In this document: positions 35,090 to 43,834 of the stretch, in pieces
Position numbering within the stretch: the first letter of the stretch is position 1
How the letters are laid out: the number at the start of each line of letters is the position of its first letter
Notes under the pieces: model-generated
The model's input: only the letters and a program-made list of their open reading frames with translations
What the model was told of the DNA's origin: nothing
The model's database searches: none
Source of the DNA: Octopus bimaculoides
Taxonomy: Eukaryota
Direction of reading: 5' to 3'
Assembly (NCBI RefSeq): GCF_001194135.2
Contig: NC_069008.1
Coordinates: forward strand, 12,212,133-12,255,966
DNA length: 43,834 bases
Translations under genes and position numbers: made by a program

Positions 35090-37619
35090 ACGATTCATAC
35101 AGTCTTCTGATCTGTACAGCCAACGTGATACGATTCATACAGCCCTTCTGATCTGTACAGCCAACGTGATCCTGTTCACACAGATTCACTTAAAATGGTG
35201 ACTAAATGCCAGTATAGACCAACCGTTCTTTCAGTTTTTTCACTACACTCTTTTGCAAAAACACATAAGACCACAGTTTCCTCTATCAGCCCACTGGTTG
35301 ACAGTCTGAGATTCTGCAAAGTCAAAACTGCTCTGTTTTCATTGACTCAAAGCAGCTTTGCTTCATTGAATTCTCAGCATGTCCTTTCTGACATAACCGT
35401 CAATGCTACTAACATCATAACAGCAATAAAAGAAATCAAACATGAATCAGAAGTGGGTCCTGACATGTTCCCTGCTTTAGTGCTGAAAGAATGCAGACAG
35501 CAACTTGCAAATCTCCGGAGGAGATAACTGGATGCCGGTTTTATCCCTCAAAACTTTCTCTCCCAGTCAGTCATTCCTGTCTTTAAAAAGAGGAATAAAT
35601 CTCCTCTTGTAAACTACTGTCCAATCTCACTCAACTCACATATCATCAAAATGCTTGAGAGAGTGTTGAGCTCAAGAATAACAGCCTTCCTAAAGCAAAG
35701 TCATCTTCTAAATTGCAACCAGCATGGCTTTCATGGTGGGAGGGACTGTCTAACACAGCTCCTCCTCCACCACTTTGATGACATCTTAAATGCACTAAGT
35801 GAGGGCTCCAATGCTGATGTCATTTACCTTGATTTCAGCAAGGCCTTTGACAGAGTTGACCACAATATACTGTTAAGGAAACTATCCAACGCTGGAGTCT
35901 GTGGAAAGCTACTTCAATGGATTAAGTATTTCCGAATAAACAGGACCCAGCGTATTGTGGTTGATGCCATCCACTCAAGACCAGCAAAAAATCATCGGCA
36001 GAGTCCTGCATGGTACTGTGCTGGGTCCACTTTTTATTGTCTATATCAATGACATTGCAGATTCCACTGAAAATAGCACCATTAAAATATTAGCAGATGA
36101 CTAAGCTTCAGAAAGTCATTAAGGGAGCATATGATCAAATGATGCTTCAATCGGACCTATGCGCAGTAACCCACTGGGCACAAAAAAACAAACAAAGAAC
36201 AATATGCAGCTGAACAAAGAAAAATTTGGGCTCGTCCACTTTGGAAGAGAGGACACACTCAAACAACCATATACACTTCTGTCAGATCTACTTGAACCGT
36301 CGGATAATATGAGAAACTTAGGTGTAACTGCCGACAGCAACTGTAGCTGGAGTGTGCTCATGGATCCACAGAACTTTTCAATCTAGTGATCAATGAAACC
36401 ATCATCCTTCTCTTCTCCACATTTGCTAGGCCCCACCTCAAATACTGCTGCCCATTGTGGTCCCCCTACAAAAAAGACATAATGAGGATTGAAGCACCAT
36501 AAAAATCAAGCGCTAAAAAACTAAATGGCATGACAAGACTTGATTATTGGGCTCGACTTAAACAGCTGAAACCCTATTCTCTGCAACGCCACCATGAAAA
36601 ATATATTACTTGCACCATGTGGAAAATATTCCACCAATATTATGCAAATGATATCGGTATTATGTTTGCAATTCACCCAAGACTAGGCCCCTGTGCAATG
36701 TGTCCCCTACATAAGAACATTGCAACACAATCTCTTCACTACAAATGGTCCTGCTCTTTTCAATGTTATTCCGAAAGTAGAAAAAAACCCATAGCTTTCA
36801 AACAGTACCTGGACAAATTCCTCCAGGAAATACCGGATAAAACACATACACCTGGATATGTCTGAGTCAACAACAACTCTGCTTGAGTGGTTCATAGTAT
36901 CCTGAAATAATTAAAAGACTTTTCTAGGTAGTGCTTTTGAGTTAGTCATAGCCTGGGCCGACAATAGCTGAAACCAATCTAAGTTATCTAAGTTGTATAT
37001 CGGGATTATGCAGAGTGAAGACGAAGGGAGATAAGCAAGTACACGAGTCTAATCAATCAATCAAACTTCGGTCTTTAGATTGGTTTATACATTTATAATG
37101 TGGGTAGATCTCCACCGTTTGACAAAGAGTTTTCAGTTGTTTGGTCAACTGAATTAACATGTATTCCAAAGACATTTGTGCCATTAACATAATTCAGGTA
37201 AAATATAGGCACAGGTGTGGCTACATGGTTAAATAGAGTTTGGGTCCATCCCCACTACATGGCATCTTGGGCAAGTGATGTTTACTAAAGGCTCTGGTCT
37301 ACCAAAGTATAGCGAATATTATGTGAAGAGAAACTGAAATAAGCTCATCATATATGTGTTAGTGTTTCCTTTTCCTGACAGAGTGATGGCTGTAGGTGAG
37401 TGTTACCATCATGCAAATGGTATCATTTGTTTCCAGTCTCCCATGAAAATATATCCAACAAGGGAAATATATTACCTTAGCTGGAAACAGATGAGAGTCG
37501 GTGACATGAAAGGCATCCAGCCATATGAAATTGACAAAATCAGTCTGCAGCACGGGAGAGCATGGACATACACACAAACACACACATCATTGTTTAACGT
37601 CCATATACATATGTACACA

Positions 37620-37810
37620 CATACAAAAGGGTGCTGAAAGTTCTGGGCTTCGGGTAACAGAAAATACAGTAGGAATCAGTTAATTATGATTCAATTCAGT
37701 ATATTCCCCCCTCTCAGATTCACACACTTATTGCAGTGGTCCTTACATTTTTCTAAGCCCTGTAAAAGAACTCAGAAGATTGGTCACCCAATCAGGCCTT
37801 TTACAATACC
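37620..37810 (+). mobile_element. Mariner-type terminal fragment
   Basis: Begins tacaaaagggtgctgaaagttc, resembling a mariner TIR (tacgagggg..gaaaagttc). No ORF. Confidence 0.45.
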
Positions 37811-37960
37811 TTTTCAGTATTCCTTGTATATGTATATATGTGTGTGTATGTGCATATACCTGTAAATATATAAACAGAACACTAATGCATGCATACAATG
37901 CATTTGTGTGTATACATTTCATGTATCTTCTAAGTCTTACACTGATGTTTGTTATCTCAG

Positions 37961-38640
37961 ATTATCTGACATTGGCATCGAACAATTGTCTACATCAGAT
38001 ACATCATCAATATTTATTATCTTTTAAAGACCATAAAGATGTCTATGCAGAACAAATATAATTTGATCGATGTAAATCTGTGATGGAATTACTCTCTAAT
38101 AGTTTTCCGTGTGAACAGAGAAATAGCAATATCTCGCTTAATCACTATCCAGAATATCTACAAGATGATTTTGCAGGTTAACTGAACATGGATTACAAAT
38201 TACAGAGGAGCTTGTAAGAGCTGTACATATTGATAAAGATCATAGTTGGTGGAAATTCAAATATTTGTTAAGAAACAACTATGAACAGAGTTCAATATTG
38301 TGGTTCAAAGAGAAATAAGTACGGAAAATAAATTGTAGGAGAATGAGGTTAAATTTAAAGCATAATTTAAGGATTCTCCTGAGGGTATAAAGAAAAGGAC
38401 AAGTAAAACATCGTAACACTGTGATATCTCTAAGAAGATATTTTACCAAAAATGTAACTTCATTAAACACAAACGTATCCACACAGAGAAGCCATATCAC
38501 TTACATTTGTGGTAAACCATTCTCTTAGATCGGTAGCTTAACATCTCACAAACGTATTCATATGGGAGCAAAATATTTTACTGTAATATCTGTGGCCAAC
38601 CATTCTCTCAAAATGGTAACTTAATCATTCATCAACGTGC
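37961..38640 (+). pseudogene. C2H2-ZNF pseudogene (third paralog)
   Basis: Acceptor gttatctcAG|attatctgacattggc and homologous leader (atattgataaagatcatagt). Start codon replaced by ACG at 38321 (ACG GAA AAT AAA TTG TAG). About 3 broken fingers at 38410-38640. Confidence 0.85.
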
Positions 38641-39429
38641 GAATAATTATTATTGGTGCTTAAAAAAATGTAATTGCAAAGGCTAGCAATAAGCAAACTT
38701 TTCATTTGGACAGCATATGCTGAAAAGAAATTGTTAAGCATGTCCATTGTCCAAATGCAAAAATAGCAATGATTTTGAAATTTGCAATCAATGAGAAAAT
38801 GCAGGAAGAAAATAAAAAGAAATCCTTAGCTTTGTACAACTTGTGACTCTCCTCTTAAGAGAGTGCGCTGAACTTCAAAATATGCACTTTATCAGGAACA
38901 CATTCAATACATTGAAAGTCCCTCCTGAAAATAATAAATATTTTAAAACTGATTTTCCTCTCATTTTTCCCTGAATTGTTTCAAAAGTTAGTATTCCAAG
39001 TTCTTTGAGCCCTTGAAATTCATGTTTCAATTGGCACCAGTTTATAATACATAAAACCTTTCCAATAACTGGGTTGTGGAATTAGTGCAAATGCTTCCTT
39101 GGATGAAATGATTTTAAGGTGTTTCAGAGGAGCTGACATTTAGTTGAGAAAAAATGTCATCTGTTAATCTGAAATTATAGAGAAAAAAGAAAAAAATATT
39201 GATAGACACAGAGGATACTGAAAATGTAGCAGTACAATCTATAGTCATTGTCTACTCTCCCCAGCACTCCATCAAACTCATATTACTCCTTTATTCATCT
39301 GTGCGTGCCACAAAAAGTGATATTGGTTTTACTTGACTCAACAGGTTTTCTCAAGCATATCATATAGCATGACACATCAGGGGTACTCTTAACTGGGCTG
39401 GACATGCATGGCTGTGATTTCACTTTAGT

Positions 39430-39945
39430 TGCCAGGTCTTCTCAATCACAGCATATCTCCAAAGGTCTCAGTCCCCTGTCACTGCCTCTGTGAGCCCCAA
39501 TGTTCAAAGGTCATGCTTCACCATTTCATCCCATGACTTCCTGGGCCTACCTCTTCCACAGTTAGAGAGTGACACACTTCCTCACACAGCTGTCCTCATC
39601 CATCAGAGTTGTCTCTCTTGCACACCACATTTGATGCTTCTTATACCCAACTTTTCTCTCAGGGTGCTTACACTGTCGTGTATGCATACTGACATTACAC
39701 ATCCAGTGGATCATACTAGCTTCATAGCTTTCAAGCCTATGCATGTCCTCAGCAGTCATGGCCCATGTTTCACTACTGTGTAGCATGGATGTTCACACAC
39801 ATGCATCATACAGTCTACTTTTCATCCTGAGCAAAAAGCCTTCAGTTGCCAGCAGAGGTAGGAGCTCCCTGAACTTTGCCTCCCAAAGTTTTTCACTGAA
39901 GGGAAAACCTTGTAAGATCTTGACCTTTTCCTTCACCATGAGCTA
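39430..39945 (-). mobile_element. RTE-clade LINE 3' fragment
   Basis: MLHSSETWAMTAEDMHRLE..EASM..WMCNVS and GRPRKSWDEMVKHDL; same family as 557-1065. Confidence 0.85.
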
Positions 39946-41247
39946 GTGATAACCTATTCTGAAAGTTTACTGAGTAAAGTTTGGAGACAGGGGTAATAGA
40001 GAAAATTTTTTTAAAATTGTGTCAGCAAAGAGACAGAACGTGACTAAGATTTTGTAAAGCTGAGGACAAAATCACAAACTTTTAAGTTGAAAATATAGGA
40101 AGCTGAAGAATTACTATTTTCATTTTTGATGGTGAGGTAGTTGGGTGTGTGGTCAACCTCAATTTGCTAAGTGTTAAGTAAAATAATGTTGTTGATATTA
40201 ACTTCAGATTTTGTGCCCTGTTCACGTTTCTCTCCTTAAGAGTGATTATCTAGCAGGATTATCTAGTAGTTGGGACAATGGAAAAAATGCTCTGCAAATA
40301 TTTGTTCCAACTCATTACATTCTGAGTTCAAATCCTGCTGCATCCTTTCAGTGTTTATAAATTAAAGTACCAGTCAAGCATTGGGGTTGACAGCATCAAC
40401 CAAACCACACATCCCAACATTACTATCCTTATGCCCAAATCAGAAGCAACTGTCTTGTTAATCTGTTGATGACATTTCCTATAATGGACAACTATTACAA
40501 CAACATTTTAACACAGTGAAGAGAGAGAGAGAGAGAGAAAGAAAGACCAAGAAAAATACAAAAGGAAATTGAAAATATTTCACATTATTTCATTTTACAA
40601 TGGTGTCTCATAAAAAAGATAAAAAGTGAAAGCAAAGAAACAAGCTGTTTAGCAACAGTGAGGCTGTAGAAATAATCAAATGGTTTAGGGTAAAGAAGCT
40701 CGCTTTGCAACTATGAGGTTTCAAGTTCAGTCCCTCTGCATGGCACCTTTAAGTAAGTGTCGTCTACTTGAGTGAATTTGATAGATGGAAACTGTGAAGA
40801 AAGCTCATCGTGTGCGTCTATTTCACCGCTTAACAACCAGTTTTGTTTTGTTTACATCCCTGTAACTTAGCAGTTTGGCAAAAACCAATGATACAATATG
40901 TTCCAGATTTGAAATAAATAAGTACTAAGAGTAACTTGTTCGACTAAATCGCTGAAGGCTGTACTGCAGGATGGTTGCAGTCGAAAACTGATGCAAGTAA
41001 TAAATAAACTGAAGCCCTGACAGAAGATATTTCTGGAAGTTATGAGGGAACAAATTCGGTGGGAAATACATCTGTGGTAATGCCCCAATATTCTAAATGT
41101 TTTTAAACGCGTTCGCTCATTTGCGCAGAAGCACAGCCAAACGTCATGAATCTTTTTTCTATTATACGTAGACAACAACAAAAATGGAAATCGCAGTTTT
41201 GAAAAAAAACCTCTTGTAATGTGAGGAACAAAATACGGTTCACCTAC

Positions 41248-41410
41248 CTCTTAATGTTGGCTATCCAGTAGCGTTCAATCCATACCCCGCTCGCCTCGCG
41301 TCCAAACGCATCTGTTCACCACGACTGCCCAGAGGACAGAAGACCCAAGTTAGTCTTCAGCAGCCTCACTTTATCGTTTCCTCTTCCGGCTGTTGACGTC
41401 ACTTGCCCTT
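41248..41410 (-). promoter_or_regulatory. Candidate promoter and first exon (minus strand): CRE TGACGTCA 41394-41401, ETS-like CCGGAAG 41383-41389, donor gag|GTAGGT at 41247
   Basis: Motifs read directly. Locally CpG-rich, non-repetitive sequence. Confidence 0.5.
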
Positions 41411-41757
41411 TCCATTCGGTTGGCCTCATTCCCGAAACTTCAAGCTTCCAAAATTCCAATTTTTAAATATATAAAAATATATTCAATCGGAAATAAAAAA
41501 GCAGAATAAAATAATAGAACATAAGAGATTTTGCAACTTAATGTACATTTTTTTGAATTAACATAAATGGGAAAGTATTTAACCACCATCATCATTACTA
41601 TGACCACCGCCTAAACTGTGACAAGTAATAAAGTCACAATTCCCATCATCAACAGCAACAAATTCAACTGCATTCATCATCAAAATATAATTTTAGAAAA
41701 AAGAATGCAGAGTCTTTTTGTCAGAATCGGAATCTCCCTTGCTCAAAATGTCGGAAT

Positions 41758-42037
41758 CTGTAAAAAAGAAAAAAAGGGGTGGTGTTATTCACACTCGTCG
41801 TTTATGTGACCTCTTCAGTTTTGTATCAAAGGACGTTGTTTTACGCAAACATTGGACAACTTTACCTGACTTACTTCTCCAGCTTGTATCACGACGTTCA
41901 CAAAGAAGAAGAGAACGGAAAATATCTCTTCTTAACTCAAACAAGCAAGCATATGCAAATTGACAGAGGACACCTGCGTAGTTTAACGCTTGGTGAATGA
42001 ACAGACAGCGCCTAGAGACCTTCTGACGTCATTTCCG
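41758..42037 (-). promoter_or_regulatory. Second candidate promoter (ETS-CRE composite CGGAAATGACGTCA, 42037-42024) with a first exon and a 117-bp intron
   Basis: Donor gaa|GTAAGT at 41874. Acceptor tttttttctttttacAG| at 41759-41758. Confidence 0.5.
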
Positions 42038-43834
42038 CCTTTAATGCCATCCTATTAAACCATCAATGTCAGTCACTTATCACATCATTGCTGAGACAAG
42101 AGACAAAATTGCTGGATATTTTACATGATGTGATATTTGAAAACAAAAGAAGGTTAATTAGAAAGAAAGATTTTTTTATTAAAAAAAGAAAAACGTTAAA
42201 AACAATGGAAGGGGATGTAACATGGGTTGTCTTTCGTTTTTAAAACGGATTTTTGAAACATGCGCATTATATATATAAACTGTTCGTTTCCGTTATTTTA
42301 TCGTTTGACACTTGGTTTGACCTCTTTCAGCTGCCACTTTCACGGCACCATTATTTGTGAAACATTTCTGTAAGTATTTTTGATAGGTTTAAGTATTAAA
42401 ATATTTAATTAATGAAAGTATAAACGCCAGCGGACTTTCAGTATAGATGTCCCACAAAAGTTAGAATTTCCCCGTTTTTGTCGGGATTTTTTATAACTTT
42501 TTCCCGTTCCTGACATTTTAAAGCAATTGGAAGGAAGGAGCTGTAAAACCATATTTAATATTCCGTATTTTCAAACATCTCCAAGCATCTTTATTATGCC
42601 TTTGAAAACAGCAGTTGCCACTAAAGTGTCTTTTGGGGGGTGGGTACATATTTCCAAGGCTAATTATCCTTTCTACTTTAGGCACGTCCTGAAATTTTGG
42701 GCATAACTACAGGGTTTTACCCCCCAGACTTTGGGAGGTCATAACTTTCAGAAAAATAAATATTTTTTAATGAAATTTTCTATGCATATAGTATTTACTA
42801 TGTAGAATCCGAATATACAAAAAATTCCGGTGAAAGTGTTTTGGAATGGGGGTGGGGGACAATTTTCGGAAATTCCAACAGAGTCCACTTAAATTCTTCT
42901 TAACTTCCAGGAAAATTAATATTTTTTCGTGAAAGTTTCTACAAATATACCTTGATGTATGTACATTTCGAGCATGTAGGAATTTTGAAGGAAACAACTG
43001 CAGGTTATTTTTGAGAAGCGTTCCCCACTCGGTGGTGTTTCGGAGCAAGTCGTCCATATTTGTTTCATTTTTCTCAGAGAGAGCGATTGGAACAGGGGGC
43101 TTATCTTTTGAAGTCGGCGTGAAGCGGAGGAATTGATGTGTGTGTGTGTGTTTGATGTGGTGTTTGTGTGAAGTTGTTTTGTTAGTGTGTGTGAAGGGAC
43201 AGCGCAATGGTGCTTGTGTGTGTGTGATTGAGAGAGAAGGATAACTGAATTTTTTTTTACTATTACTTTTTGAAATGAGTGATTGACAGAGAGAGAATGG
43301 CTTCAGTGACAAATACGCACACACACACACACACACAAAAACAGCGTTTCTTTAGGAGCGCACCTTTCCAAGAAAATGACGCCTAACTTTTTTTAAAATT
43401 ATGAAAATGGGAAATATATCCAAAATAAATGAAATATGCAAAAAATTAGGACGATACATCTGTAAGGAACGCGTTTAAACGCATCACACAGTCGAACACA
43501 CAATAATATATCGAAGATGATATACATGATATGTTATGCGACGATAACATAGATGACCAGCAATGAAAGACCACAACCGTATTAGATGAATAACAGAGAT
43601 ATTTATTGTAGCGTTAAAGATGTATGTCTGTGTGAGAGTGTGAATGCGACATATAAGAACATAATCAAAGACAGGCCGTCATGCAAAGAAAAGTGTGTAT
43701 GTGAGTGATACATGTATGTGTATGTGAAATATTACAGCAGAGAAAAAGAGAGTCAATAACACGTGAGCAATTATACCAGTTCTTGGGTACACAATAATAT
43801 GAATCTGTATGTGAAGTGAGTTGGCTGAGTGTGG

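Larger units (their letters stand above)
32080..36995 (+). mobile_element. CR1/L2-group LINE (APE endonuclease plus RT), degenerate, interrupted at 34060-~35170
   Basis: APE: LTETHL, GLYRLP, MGDFN, SQLVHEPTR, LDLVLSN, SDHD (32881-33700). RT: PVFKK..NYCPISL, NQHGF, YLDFSKAFDRVDH, YIND, LGV (35400-36400). Confidence 0.9.

Noticed and set aside
41718-42000. Plus-strand ORFs of 73-81 aa
   Set aside because: No recognisable domain; splice signals favour a minus-strand non-coding exon here.

Overview
AT-rich, repeat-dense eukaryotic DNA with seven N-gaps. It looks like an octopus (coleoid cephalopod) C2H2 zinc-finger cluster; this is inferred from the effector-less tandem C2H2 genes and the SINE/RTE repertoire, not from a search. 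Two intact C2H2-ZNF CDSs are arranged head-to-head: 4361-6004 (-, 17 complete fingers plus 1 decayed) and 21770/21815-22909 (+, 12 fingers). A third paralog is a pseudogene (~37961-38640, +), and decayed finger arrays lie downstream of both intact genes. Most of the rest is mobile DNA: a 5'-truncated Penelope-like element with an open RT frame, mariner, hAT and pogo/Tigger remnants, RTE and CR1 LINEs, an LTR with a tRNA-Trp PBS, an ORF1-only retroelement with a 16-bp TSD, and several tRNA-derived SINE families. The most notable observations are (1) a type I hammerhead ribozyme fold inside a near-perfect 142-bp inverted repeat at the left edge, (2) a palindromic candidate promoter/first-exon module between the divergent ZNF genes, and (3) the TSD-bounded ORF1-only ('half-LINE') element. 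All splice, promoter and ribozyme calls are by-eye predictions.
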